From Wickerhamiella versatilis (taxonomy: Eukaryota), in the NCBI GenBank assembly GCA_030867685.1, contig JAQOWU010000003.1:434001-498000 (forward strand): a DNA stretch of 64,000 bases, read 5' to 3'. Positions 21,066 through 31,762 of this stretch are shown here, one piece after another. A program made the translations under genes and the position numbers. Below the pieces are notes generated by a model. The model was not told the origin of the DNA, did not search any database, and was given only the letters and a program-made list of their open reading frames with translations. Position 1 is the stretch's first letter. The number at the start of each line of letters is the position of its first letter.

Positions 21066-21977
21066 CTAGAATGCTGAGTCTTCGATCGGGTTAGTTGCAG
21101 TTTTATTATTAGAGAGCCCACTTTTTTCAAGATTTCCAACTAATGCCGACAAGCTCTCACCAATAGGAGATGAGCACTTATGCAAATACAGATGGTCAGC
21201 GCGTGTATGACCTTGGTTCAAGCAAAGAATCGGTAAATTTAAGCTATGAGCCTCACGGGCGAATCGATAGCCTGAAAAAACCATAAGAGAACTTCCTACC
21301 ACCCATAGCCCATTGCTTTTTCTGAGCATCGACATTGATGCATCCAGGACGGAACGAGAGACATTTGACCCAAAATAAACAACATCTGGCTTCATTATTC
21401 CTTCATTACATGAGGGACATGGTGGTACTGTGAATGAAGAAAAGTCCCCCTCTATATAGGCATCACCATCCGGGGCTATAGCTACTGGACCTGAATCTGG
21501 CTTGGCCCAATGAGGATTGAGATGTGAAAGGTGGTGATGCCAACTATCCCGTTGCTCGCGGAAACCACATGTCATGCATACTACTTGGTCAGCCCTTCCA
21601 TGTAGGTCAATTACACGGGTGCTTCCAGCACGCTGATGTAGACGATCAACATTTTGTGTTATGATACCATTGATGATACCTTTTCTTTCAAGTATTGCAA
21701 GTGCTTTGTGTCCTTGGCCTGGCTTTGCATCTAACAAAGCTTGAAACCCAATAAGTGCCCTGGCCCAGTATCGTTGTCTGGCAGCGTGACTTCCCATGAA
21801 TTTCTGGTGGCTCATTGGTGGTGGCCGCTTCCACTCACCGGAAGTATCGCGATAATCTGGAATTCCTGATTCTGTACTGATTCCAGCACCAGAAACTACA
21901 CATAAGGGTGAATGGGCAGCAATGAGCTCTGCCAGTTTGTCAAAGGATTGACGGTAACAAATAGAAGAAAATTTCAT
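21066..21977 (-). CDS. NAD-dependent deacylase, class II sirtuin (bacterial CobB2/SIRT4-like)
   Basis: GAGISTESGIPDYRD, RQRYWAR, ITQNVDRLHQRAGS, LHG, CxxC...APDGDA...CxxC, KPDVVYFG, GSSLMVFSGYRF, NQGHTRAD. Confidence 0.92.
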   Translation of the reverse strand: MKFSSICYRQSFDKLAELIAAHSPLCVVSGAGISTESGIPDYRDTSGEWKRPPPMSHQKFMGSHAARQRYWARALIGFQALLDAKPGQGHKALAILERKGIINGIITQNVDRLHQRAGSTRVIDLHGRADQVVCMTCGFREQRDSWHHHLSHLNPHWAKPDSGPVAIAPDGDAYIEGDFSSFTVPPCPSCNEGIMKPDVVYFGSNVSRSVLDASMSMLRKSNGLWVVGSSLMVFSGYRFAREAHSLNLPILCLNQGHTRADHLYLHKCSSPIGESLSALVGNLEKSGLSNNKTATNPIEDSAF

Positions 21978-22359
21978 TATATTGTCTTTTGAATATTCAC
22001 AATAAATAACGCACTATAGGTACGCAATATCGTCGCCACGTGCAGAATACAAGGCAACAAGGAATAGTTAGACTTATTAGATAATGCCCTGGCAGCGTAC
22101 CCTTAACAATCGTTAAGCGCCGTTAGCAGACTTCAGCATACTTTTAAAATATGTCACAATCTGATCAGGTTCTCAATTGGTTTGAAAGTTTGGAACTTCA
22201 AAACTAAGTTCTTCTTACGAGTAAATTTGAAATATATGTAACGATCCACAGTGGAAGACCCCCTCCATCTCCAAATGGTAGGAGTTAGGTGGCCCATTTA
22301 AATGCCTGAGACTCATAAGAAATTGAGTATTTCAAAAAAGCTTAAACAAATAGGGAAAA

Positions 22360-23334
22360 TTATTTACTTTGCGGAATTAGCTTCTCCCATGGTAAGTAGG
22401 GACCCATGGGCACTATGCCATTAGGATTAAGAGCTTTGATAGAATAGTAGCCCTGTTTAATATGAGTGACATTGACAGTAGATGCAATGCCAGGTATCTG
22501 CAACATTCGCTCAATATAAGCGCTAAGTGCAGGATATTCCATGATTTTCTTTTTATTACACTTGAAAATACCATTATACGCCGGATCAAATCGTACAAGA
22601 GTCACAAAGAGGCGTATATCAGCTTCAGTTAGTATATCGCCAACTAGAAAATTGGAATTGGAGAGACGAGTCTCCAAAGTATCTAGCATCTCAAATACAT
22701 CCTTGTATGCCTCCTCATAAGCAACCTGTGTTGTTGCAAACCCCGTCCGATATACACCATTATTTAACTTTGGATATACCTGCGAATTCACAGCATCTAT
22801 TTCATCACGAAGCTGAGCGGGGTAAAGATCATACTCGTCTGAAGCTAAAATCCCGAATCCTGAATTCAGCATTCGGAGAATATCAGCCGACTCGTTATTG
22901 ACTATAGTACTGCGAGCTTTGTCCCACAGGACTGGTACTGTCGCTCGGCCAGTATAGTGTGGATCTGCTTTACTGTATACCTCATGCATGTATTCTGCAT
23001 TGTTGATATGGTCCTCGGTAGATCCAGCGATTTCACCCCCAAATTGCCAACTTTGATCTGTTGCGATGGGTCCAACTACTGACACAGATATAACATCCTC
23101 GAGCTTCTTGAGCTTTCTAGCTATAAGAGTGCGAGATGCCCACGGGCATATAAGTGCAACATAGAGGTGGTATCTATTTCTTTCGGCTGGAAACCCACCG
23201 TCACCAGTCGGACCAGGACTTCCATCTGGCGTTACCCAGTTTCTGAACGAGGAAATCTGGCGGACAAATCCTCCTTTTTCGTCCTTACTTTGAACAGGTT
23301 GCCACTTCCCTACCCATTTACCGTCAACCAGCAT
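22360..23334 (-). CDS. Glutathionyl-hydroquinone reductase (Xi-class GST, YqjG-type), bacterial-like
   Basis: MLVDGKW..GGFVRQISSFRNWVTPDG.PGPTG.GGF.AE..RYHLYVALICPWASR, TVPVLWDK, IVNNESADI, NNGVYRTGFATTQ, IKQGYY, NPNGIVP; first ATG at 23334. Confidence 0.92.
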   Translation of the reverse strand: MLVDGKWVGKWQPVQSKDEKGGFVRQISSFRNWVTPDGSPGPTGDGGFPAERNRYHLYVALICPWASRTLIARKLKKLEDVISVSVVGPIATDQSWQFGGEIAGSTEDHINNAEYMHEVYSKADPHYTGRATVPVLWDKARSTIVNNESADILRMLNSGFGILASDEYDLYPAQLRDEIDAVNSQVYPKLNNGVYRTGFATTQVAYEEAYKDVFEMLDTLETRLSNSNFLVGDILTEADIRLFVTLVRFDPAYNGIFKCNKKKIMEYPALSAYIERMLQIPGIASTVNVTHIKQGYYSIKALNPNGIVPMGPYLPWEKLIPQSK

Positions 23335-23590
23335 GTTTCGTATTTGATCTTTATTAAAGCTTGTCCACTCCCGGCTAATATACCAAACCAAAACCCCTTA
23401 CCCCGGATTATCGGGGGACCGATTGCCATTCTGACCCAACACCACACAAAGCTGTGAGCTTGATTGAGACTATGGAACGGATATGTTTGATACAGGTGGT
23501 CAATTTGCAATATAGATATGACTGATCCTCAATGAGAATAATTACGAATGACTGTTGTTATAATCAAAATTTCGACAGCCATAAATAAAT

Positions 23591-24418
23591 CTACTTGCTG
23601 CCAATACCACTGACAGACCCACCCATAGGAGCTTTATCCATAATTATTTCTTCCTCTGGTTTCCAGCATAACCACGCCACGCCCATCAAAGCTTTCAACC
23701 CTGCTGCTAACCAGAGAGGCGATGCTAAACCTCCACGGCTTCTTTGCAGCCATCCACTTATTATGATACCTACAACATGAAATATAATTGCTGCAAGACG
23801 CCTATTCCTCTTCGGATTGGCTTTAAGAGGAGCGAATAACTTGGGGTCAGAAAAGAAGTCGCAGTAAAGTGAGGTAAGAACAGTAGTTGGCACTTCATTG
23901 AACTTCAGGACTCGGCTAGCGACTACTTGGCCACCGAATTGAAAAGCAAGAAATGCCAATGGTAACAATAGAATCTCATCTTTCTTTCGATGTTGCTGCA
24001 AGGTAGCATCATCACTGGTACCAAGACTAGTGGTACCAAACGCCGGAACTCTCTTTGATTGTGCGAGAGCTGCTGATATAAATATAAATACCGCCTGTAG
24101 TAAAAACGAAAATGCCAGTGTCAACTTGCTTCGGGAGCGCACGTAACGCAATAACGCAAACATGAAGCATCCAAACCAGAAGGTAACTATAGACACTAGG
24201 GCTCTTAACCACAAAAGCCTATCATTGTATGGCAAATAAGCGGCACCTAAAGCCATAAATACCGTATTTCCTGTTTGCATTGACACAAACACTGATGCCG
24301 CATTGAAAGCGGCACTATCACATAGTCCTGAAATCAAGCAGCAGATGATTATGGGTATATCTGAGTATTTTGGATCTATATCTCGAATGAACCAATGGAT
24401 CCCCTCTTTTTTCTTCAT
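23591..24418 (-). CDS. DUF1275 (YoaK-like) multi-pass membrane protein
   Basis: SGLCDSAAF, FVSMQTGNTVF, LAFQFGGQ, EVPTTVLTSLYCD, DPKLF, NPKRNRRL. Confidence 0.85.
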   Translation of the reverse strand: MKKKEGIHWFIRDIDPKYSDIPIIICCLISGLCDSAAFNAASVFVSMQTGNTVFMALGAAYLPYNDRLLWLRALVSIVTFWFGCFMFALLRYVRSRSKLTLAFSFLLQAVFIFISAALAQSKRVPAFGTTSLGTSDDATLQQHRKKDEILLLPLAFLAFQFGGQVVASRVLKFNEVPTTVLTSLYCDFFSDPKLFAPLKANPKRNRRLAAIIFHVVGIIISGWLQRSRGGLASPLWLAAGLKALMGVAWLCWKPEEEIIMDKAPMGGSVSGIGSK

Positions 24419-24656
24419 ATCTGAGAATATGCTTATATTAGTCAAAAAAACAAGACATGCCGTGATCCTTCCGAATCAGGTATGGTTATTGAACACAATA
24501 AATTTAAACATTAGAACAGTTTGTTTTAGCACAATATAGAATTTTACAGCTAAAACCTGCCTATTAATGGTTAAAGAATAAATTGAATCATTTGGAATGA
24601 GTGAATTCGATAAAGTGATTTTTTTCGTTGGTATTAGTAACTTTCTTGTACTGTGT

Positions 24657-26438
24657 ATGGAGAAACCTGATGAGCACAATGACCTAGAGGGACCGGGTGG
24701 ACTTACCCACAAGGAACGTATAGAGGCCTCGAGGTTTCCTGATGATTATGATGATGATGATGATGCATCTGGCGAGGCGGACGAGCCTCGTAGAATTACC
24801 GACAATGATGTTTACGATGGGCTCAGTGCTAGCAGGAGAGTTCAATCGCATAGTTCAGTACGTAGTGATGCCGAATACGCTATATCAATGGATAGGGTCA
24901 TTTCCCGCGAAGTCACACGTCGTCGGGAAAGACGTTACTCGGAGCCACTCCCGCAGATCGGTCAAGATAAGGAGCTCCCACCAGAGCTCCCACCCAAGGA
25001 GCTGTATATGGTTGAATTCGAGGGCCCAGATGATCCGCTTCTGCCCTTTAACTGGTCAACCAAGAAAAAGGTATTTCAGGTATTGATATATGTCGTACCA
25101 AACATTTTGATATCTTTTATGTCAAGTATTTATGGCCCCGCGCTACCCATGATTGAGAAGGAATTCAAACTTGGTGTTACCCCAGCTGCTCTGGGTATTA
25201 GTCTCTTTGTTCTTGGTTTCGCACTAGGTCCGGTGGTATGGGGACCACTTTCCGAAGTGTATGGCCGATTTCCACCTTATATGATCAGCCAAATTGCATT
25301 CATTTGCTGTGCGTTCGCCTGTGCAACTGCACCAAATGTACAGACTCTAATGCTATCACGTTTCTTTGGTGGATCCTTTGGTGCTGGCGCTATTGCCGTC
25401 ATGCCTGCTATGATTTCTGATCAATTCACGGCGGCTTACAGAGGAAATGCAATGACATGTTTCACATTGGCCACAATCACCGGGCCACTAGTGAGCCCCA
25501 TTGTCGGTGCCTTTATAGCCTATAGCTATCTTGGATGGCGATGGACACAGTATATAATAGCGATACCCGCGTGTGCCACTACGCTTATATTTGCATTTTT
25601 CGCCAAAGAATCTTACCGTCCTGTTTTATTGGTATCTAAAGCAGAAGAGATGCGTGCACGCACCGGTAATTGGGGAATATTTGCTGCACAAGAGTCTGCC
25701 TCGTTTAATTTCAGGGAAGTGTGTACAAACAACATTGTGAGACCCATTCATATGCTGCTCACTGAGCCAGTCCTTCTAGTCATCTCAGTCTATGTTGGAT
25801 TTGTATATGGCATTCTATATATGTGCTTGGAAGCCTTTCCAATTATTTTCAGCCGCTATGAAGAAGCTGGTCGTGGATTTCATAAAGGTGTCAAATACCT
25901 CCCATACATTGGTCTGCTTGTAGGAACACTCATAGCAGGTGCCATAAACTTGATTTATTTTGGGCCGAAATTTCTCAAACTTTTGGAGAAGTATGAAACG
26001 AATAATTTACCGGAATCCCGTCTTGTACCTATGATGACTGGTGCCATTAGTTTTCCCATTGGTATATTTTGGGTGTGTTGGACGGGCGCATATGCAGAAT
26101 ATGTCCATTGGATTGTACCTTGTGTAGGGGCGGCATTCATCATGTACGGTGTATTCCAAATATTTCTGCAATCGGTGAATTACATTACAGACGTATATAT
26201 AAATTTTGCTGCCTCTGCCAATTCGGCAACTGCATTTCTACGAGCAGCGATGGCAGCAGCATTTCCTCTTTTCGCTACTCAGATGTTCAATAATTTGGGG
26301 GTCCAGTGGGCTGGTACACTAATTGGCTGTCTCAGCGTTGTAGCACTCCCGTTTCCATTCATTTTCTATAAGTTTGGAAAACATTTACGAGTGAGATCAC
26401 CATATGCTTTCAAGAGTGATTGCATTAATCAAAATTAG
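24657..26438 (+). CDS. DHA1 MFS multidrug/polyamine transporter (Tpo1/Flu1-like)
   Basis: FEGPDDPLLPFNWS, GPVVWGPLSEVYGR, LGWRWT, RTGNWGIFAAQE, TEPVL, PESRL, FPLFATQMF. An upstream in-frame ATG exists at 24597. Confidence 0.88.
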   Translation: MEKPDEHNDLEGPGGLTHKERIEASRFPDDYDDDDDASGEADEPRRITDNDVYDGLSASRRVQSHSSVRSDAEYAISMDRVISREVTRRRERRYSEPLPQIGQDKELPPELPPKELYMVEFEGPDDPLLPFNWSTKKKVFQVLIYVVPNILISFMSSIYGPALPMIEKEFKLGVTPAALGISLFVLGFALGPVVWGPLSEVYGRFPPYMISQIAFICCAFACATAPNVQTLMLSRFFGGSFGAGAIAVMPAMISDQFTAAYRGNAMTCFTLATITGPLVSPIVGAFIAYSYLGWRWTQYIIAIPACATTLIFAFFAKESYRPVLLVSKAEEMRARTGNWGIFAAQESASFNFREVCTNNIVRPIHMLLTEPVLLVISVYVGFVYGILYMCLEAFPIIFSRYEEAGRGFHKGVKYLPYIGLLVGTLIAGAINLIYFGPKFLKLLEKYETNNLPESRLVPMMTGAISFPIGIFWVCWTGAYAEYVHWIVPCVGAAFIMYGVFQIFLQSVNYITDVYINFAASANSATAFLRAAMAAAFPLFATQMFNNLGVQWAGTLIGCLSVVALPFPFIFYKFGKHLRVRSPYAFKSDCINQN

Positions 26439-26646
26439 TTGGGTATGTACTAGCTACTTGACCTTCATAAGAATCATATCAGGTTACTACTGGTAATAAC
26501 GTAGTTCACATTAAATATCGTTAATTTTGTAAATTAAAAAAAATTAATTTTGTGAATGAAGTATCAAGCCACCTTAACTGATCTTGAATTATTGTTTTAG
26601 CTACATGTTAGGAGACTGCGATACCTTCCAATTGAAATACATCAAT

Positions 26647-29600
26647 TCAATCGCCTTCATAAGACTGCACAAGATTCCAGAACACACCCTTAGCATTTAG
26701 GAGGTTTTTGGGAGTATCAAACTCAACAACTTTGCCCTCTGAAAGAACTAGAATACGATCGTAGTTCATTACTGTATTAAGGCGGTGAGCTATTGTAACC
26801 ACACTACGCCCAGAAAATTCTCGCTGTATGGTTTTTTGGACAAGGGCATCAGTCATAGCATCCACAGACGCTGTTGCTTCATCCATGACGAGAAGCCCAG
26901 ATGAACGCAAAAGCGCACGTGCGAGACAAATCAGCTGTGACTGACCCCGGCTTATATCTTCACCACCATCAGCTATGATGGTATCTAGACCTGGACCACG
27001 CTCGAACTTTTCTCGAAGGTGGCAGATATCAATAACCTGCCACAAACGAATATCCTCTATTTGAGAGAAAGGATCCAAGTTACTTCGAAGAGTTCCCTTA
27101 AATATCTGAGCGTCCTGTGGAATGATTGACAGGTGCGAGCGAAGGTCATAAAGACCAATCTCTGATATGTTAATACCGTCAATTGAAATTTTGCCTTGCG
27201 CCGCTTCGATAAGTCTGAAAAGCACGAGTGTTAATGTACTCTTCCCTGCACCAGTCCTTCCGACAATCCCAATTTTCTCACCAGGTTTTATTGATATGTC
27301 AATATTGTGTAGTACGTCTGGCAGGCCTGGCCCGTACCGAGCACAAAGCTTATCAAATGTAATTGCACCATGCTCCGGCCAGTCAGAATTAGGACGATCC
27401 TCCGTGATGGCAGCCGCTTCAGTGTCCATATCCGTATATATGTAAATTCTCTCTGCAGCTACCGCAGAAACCTCTAGATCAGTCCATGATTGAATAATCC
27501 AAGATAATCTTGAGGCTGCAAGCTGAACACTTTGTAGAACAATACCTGCTATACCGATTGCCCACCATTGTATCAATAGAATTACAGTGAATCCAGCAGC
27601 TAGAGTAAGAAGTGCCGACATTGCATTAATCCTAAATTCAAGCCAATACCTGAGGGAAGATCGTATAAATGTTGCATGCATCCATGCATCACTGCGCATC
27701 TCACTTCCCTGCATGAATAACTTTAGCATTCCAAATGCAGATATGGTGGCAACACCTTTCACACTTTCTTCCACATGGCTCAGAATAGGCCCACGAGAGG
27801 TGATAGAAATTTTCTCCATTTGACGTGTTCCAGGAACAAATAACCTTCTATAAGATTCATATTTCGGGAGCATGGGCACCAGAACAAGCAGAACAAATGG
27901 GGCACCTGCTACCGTGATCAAAAGAGCTGCACTAACGAACAGTATATTTCGCATAAACCCGTACATGGTTTCAGGCAATTTTCCATCAATAGACCCGATA
28001 TCCCCCGTGAACCGATTCATGACTTGCCCCAGCGGAGTTTTTTCAAAGAACGACATTGGTGCTCTAATTACAGTGGTCAGCATATCGTCGTGAAGTCTTT
28101 GCGTCGCAGTGTAGACGAGCGAACCATAGTAGTAATAGTTTGAAGAAAATGTTGCTATGCCGGCTCCAATGGTCAATATTAAATAGCAAACAACGTAGTA
28201 TCGTGATGCCCACAAGCCGGCCAGATCCTTGTCACTCCAATAAGTCAACCACAAAGTTATCAAATTTGGTAAAATAGCAGATATCACCATTGTTGTAAGA
28301 GAGATAGTAACCACATTGAGACCTGCATTCTTCATGAACCGACCAAATACAGAGAACATAGGAGTATCAGGGAACATCTCTCGTCGTGATGGGTGTGGTG
28401 GTTCATAAACGTATGGGGCAAGACGTGCAGGTGGATGAGAAAACTCCCTTAGTTCCTTGAACCTATCAAAACCAGGAGGAGGCAACGGACTATTCGAATC
28501 TAAGTCAGTAGTCGTGCTTTCCAGGAATGGTTTCGCCTCATCAGTAGCCTTTCCATTATAGATTATTTCTCCATTGCCAACACAGATGATTCGAGAAGCA
28601 TAGCGCAAAGGCCTCGCATTATTCGTAGCTAGTATGACAGTGCGGTCGGATAGAAGTCCATTCGGAGTGAAAAGCTGCTTCAAAAGCTTGCTACCCACAG
28701 TATCATCAACGGCACTAAGAACATCATCCAACACTAAAACGCTGGCACGACTATAAACAGCTCGCGCCAAAGCAACTCTTGCTTTTTGCCCACCACTAAG
28801 CCGGAATCCCTTTTCACCAATTTCTGTAGCGTCACCGGCATCCAGATTGTTGATATCATCCACAAGCTCACATGCCTCTAACACTTTTTCATAGAACTCC
28901 TTGTCAAATTCCAGCCCAAAAAGTATGTTATCTCTCACCGTCTGAAACTGTAGCCATTGCTCCTGTGAACAGTATGCAATTCTTTCGCTAAACACGTTTA
29001 CCTCACCCTCACTGATGGACATCTGTCCTATTAACGACTTGAGAATTGCTGATTTTCCCGTACCAACTTTGCCAATTATACAACAAAGATCACCACGTCT
29101 CAGGTTGAGGGAAAGATTCTTGATTGCACTAGGACCCTCAAGACCCCAATCCAAGTTTGCATGCTCGACAACCACTCTACCATCGTCTACATCACTGTGG
29201 TGAAAATAATTACGGAATGTTTGTTCTGGGGCATCAAAAAAGTCATTAATACGAAACTGAGCTGTCCAAACACGGCCCAAGCTCGAAATTGCCGAAGGGA
29301 GCTGAAAGAGAGGTCCCGATATAAGTGACAGCATTGAGAGGACCGGAAATACTATTTCGGGGGTCAAAGGATTCCCTGTCCAGTAGAGGAAAAATATAAA
29401 CACTGACAATGCTAGAACATTGTCCAACATTGTTGAAATGGTATTTTGCAATGTCTGTGTTTTTAAAAATTTCCGCTGCGTGTTAAGCTCATATGCTCGA
29501 TCTGACTTAACTGTATCTTCATATGGTTTTTCCCAAGCGTAGAGCTTAAGTGATTTAATGTTGCGAATGACGGACATAGTAGACTTTGCGCGACGGTCCT

Positions 29601-30804
29601 TGGCTGCCATAATTTCGGGAAACCTTCTTATAAGCCCACGAGTGGTCAACGAGATTGTTGGGACATACAAGGCGAATACAGGAATGACCGCGAGCGTTGA
29701 GGGACCCAAAAAATACCAAAGTTGCAGGATCAACACTATCAAACCCACTGGCGCAGAGATGAGGGTTGTCACAGGTGTATATACTCGCATGACTGTCGCA
29801 GAGTCGACATTGAGAAGATTCATGATTTTTGCTGAGTCCCACTCTAAGCGCTGTGAAGATTCCAAGCGCAAAGCTTTGTGGTATATGCTCTGCATTAGCG
29901 ACGTTCTCATACTTTGAAGGCAGAAAATGGTAGCAATACTTTTCAAATTGGATACAGATGCTTCGAGTATTTTAACAGCCCCAAGACCTGCTGCGAGATA
30001 TAAACATGGATAAACCAAGCCATTACCATTTTTATAATTCGTGAGGCTGCGTAAAAACAGGGATAAAATGGGAGGAGTCAAGTAACTGCTTAAACTGGCT
30101 CCAATATCTGTTACAAGAAGCATAACGAGTCTTAAACGCTCGGATTTCAGCAAAGCCAGCAAAACTTTGTATTGGTTTGTAGGGGCATAGGAGCGAAGAG
30201 CCTGATCGTAGGATGAAAAGCAATGTTTTGCTAAAAGGCTTTCAGGAACATTAGGCAGATCAGAGTTCTTGAGAACACTCCCCATTGCCAAATGAAGCAT
30301 TGGTGTCAAATAGCTTGCAGTAATTCGTCCAAAAATCGTTGCGTCTTCGAATCCAGTGGGGTTAGGCGATGAACCATAGAAATCCACTAGAAAACACAAT
30401 GTTACCGAGGAGAAGGTAACCACATTAAGGATAGTGATATGGCCCATGGTCCGTGTCAACTCAAATACGATCCGAAATGCCCAGAACAAAAGTATTTCTG
30501 GAGAAGGGACAAGAACCTTGCCACGCTGGGTTCGCTGCAGTTGAATAACCACTAGCTGCACAATTGTATCCAAAGTACTTGCCAGACTCCAGCGAAGAGA
30601 TACGGCGATTGTAGATGCCAGTGCAAACCATATAGACAGCTCTGCACTTGAATTCGGTACCACCGAGTCAATCTTTGATCTCTTGTGCAAAACTCGTATT
30701 TTATTAATAACGAATGGAAGAAATAAAACCGCTAAACAGATATCTAGCCTATCAGTCAGGCATTCTGAGGGCATGCCTGATCCATTCAAGATAGAGCAAC
30801 CCAT
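26647..30804 (-). CDS. ABCC/MRP transporter (Ycf1/Bpt1-like)
   Basis: TMD-NBD twice; GKVGTGKS, LSGGQKAR, LDDVLSAVD; GRTGAGKS, MDEATASVD, IAHRLNT; IKSLKLYAWE. Confidence 0.92.
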   Translation of the reverse strand: MGCSILNGSGMPSECLTDRLDICLAVLFLPFVINKIRVLHKRSKIDSVVPNSSAELSIWFALASTIAVSLRWSLASTLDTIVQLVVIQLQRTQRGKVLVPSPEILLFWAFRIVFELTRTMGHITILNVVTFSSVTLCFLVDFYGSSPNPTGFEDATIFGRITASYLTPMLHLAMGSVLKNSDLPNVPESLLAKHCFSSYDQALRSYAPTNQYKVLLALLKSERLRLVMLLVTDIGASLSSYLTPPILSLFLRSLTNYKNGNGLVYPCLYLAAGLGAVKILEASVSNLKSIATIFCLQSMRTSLMQSIYHKALRLESSQRLEWDSAKIMNLLNVDSATVMRVYTPVTTLISAPVGLIVLILQLWYFLGPSTLAVIPVFALYVPTISLTTRGLIRRFPEIMAAKDRRAKSTMSVIRNIKSLKLYAWEKPYEDTVKSDRAYELNTQRKFLKTQTLQNTISTMLDNVLALSVFIFFLYWTGNPLTPEIVFPVLSMLSLISGPLFQLPSAISSLGRVWTAQFRINDFFDAPEQTFRNYFHHSDVDDGRVVVEHANLDWGLEGPSAIKNLSLNLRRGDLCCIIGKVGTGKSAILKSLIGQMSISEGEVNVFSERIAYCSQEQWLQFQTVRDNILFGLEFDKEFYEKVLEACELVDDINNLDAGDATEIGEKGFRLSGGQKARVALARAVYSRASVLVLDDVLSAVDDTVGSKLLKQLFTPNGLLSDRTVILATNNARPLRYASRIICVGNGEIIYNGKATDEAKPFLESTTTDLDSNSPLPPPGFDRFKELREFSHPPARLAPYVYEPPHPSRREMFPDTPMFSVFGRFMKNAGLNVVTISLTTMVISAILPNLITLWLTYWSDKDLAGLWASRYYVVCYLILTIGAGIATFSSNYYYYGSLVYTATQRLHDDMLTTVIRAPMSFFEKTPLGQVMNRFTGDIGSIDGKLPETMYGFMRNILFVSAALLITVAGAPFVLLVLVPMLPKYESYRRLFVPGTRQMEKISITSRGPILSHVEESVKGVATISAFGMLKLFMQGSEMRSDAWMHATFIRSSLRYWLEFRINAMSALLTLAAGFTVILLIQWWAIGIAGIVLQSVQLAASRLSWIIQSWTDLEVSAVAAERIYIYTDMDTEAAAITEDRPNSDWPEHGAITFDKLCARYGPGLPDVLHNIDISIKPGEKIGIVGRTGAGKSTLTLVLFRLIEAAQGKISIDGINISEIGLYDLRSHLSIIPQDAQIFKGTLRSNLDPFSQIEDIRLWQVIDICHLREKFERGPGLDTIIADGGEDISRGQSQLICLARALLRSSGLLVMDEATASVDAMTDALVQKTIQREFSGRSVVTIAHRLNTVMNYDRILVLSEGKVVEFDTPKNLLNAKGVFWNLVQSYEGD

Positions 30805-31140
30805 ATCATATAGCGTTAATAGATCGATTTATAATCCGTTTGAATAATCAAAGATTCCAGGCAATGAATCTGATGTTGTCTGCTTCTGGAAAGAACATGA
30901 TAAGGTATGAAAACTCAATAGTTAGTCTTACAATTTTATTTTTCGAAATTAGGAGCGAGGGATATCAGTGACGTTTAGAGTCCTTGAAGTATATAAATCA
31001 ATTAGGTACGTGGTTCTTTTTAAGCAACAAGAATAACTCTGCGACAACGAATGAGATAGCCAAGGCTCTAATTACAGAAAGTGTAAAATATTTGCAGGAT
31101 ATCAATAACCTTCGGTGCGCCCTTACTAAGAAATGCTAAC

Positions 31141-31515
31141 ATGGGCTGGACAGAAAGCTATCTCGCAGCATTAGATGCACGAGATGAACATGAACTTCAT
31201 TTAAAACCACTATTTGAAGCTTTCAGCGTGGCGCGAGACCGTGCAATTGCTGCGGATAGAGAAAATACGGACTCCACGCGTTTACAAGCTCAAGATGAGC
31301 TTTTGGGTTCATTGCGAAATCGGGTGCAGGTTCTAGAGGCCGAGCTGAAAACAGCGCATTCTCAGATTGATGCATCACAAACCCGAGTCCGCAATATGGC
31401 TGAGGAGCAATACTTAAAGACACATCATGTTGAGACTTTGCATGATGAAATTATGGCTTTAACTTTGCAGCTTAGCATTGCCCAGCAAAGACTCAAAGAT
31501 GATCCTCTACGGTGA
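31141..31515 (+). CDS. ATG16: Autophagy protein Atg16
   Basis: N-terminal W..SYLAALDARD..E helix, then coiled coil ending LHDEIMALTLQL. Confidence 0.8.
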   Translation: MGWTESYLAALDARDEHELHLKPLFEAFSVARDRAIAADRENTDSTRLQAQDELLGSLRNRVQVLEAELKTAHSQIDASQTRVRNMAEEQYLKTHHVETLHDEIMALTLQLSIAQQRLKDDPLR

Positions 31516-31762
31516 ACTATTGATACGGTGACAGATGACCCCAGTTAAGGTACAAGGGCCTATTTCAATTCTGTCCGTTTCACTTTCTAGCAAAAAGCTA
31601 ATGGCATCAAGATGGGAGCATTTATCAGGGTCACATTTTATTTAATTTATATATTAAAATGATTTTTATAATAGTTCTTTATTTTAAGGCGTATCTGTAC
31701 CTCTAGTAGGCATAACTGTTATCTGCATATGCCAGGATGATAAGCAAATCAATACCCACCAG

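Noticed and set aside
6889-23334. Bacterial contamination as the source of the bacterial-type genes
   Set aside because: They are interleaved with clearly fungal genes, with AT-rich eukaryote-like spacers and similar base composition; read-level confirmation is still advisable
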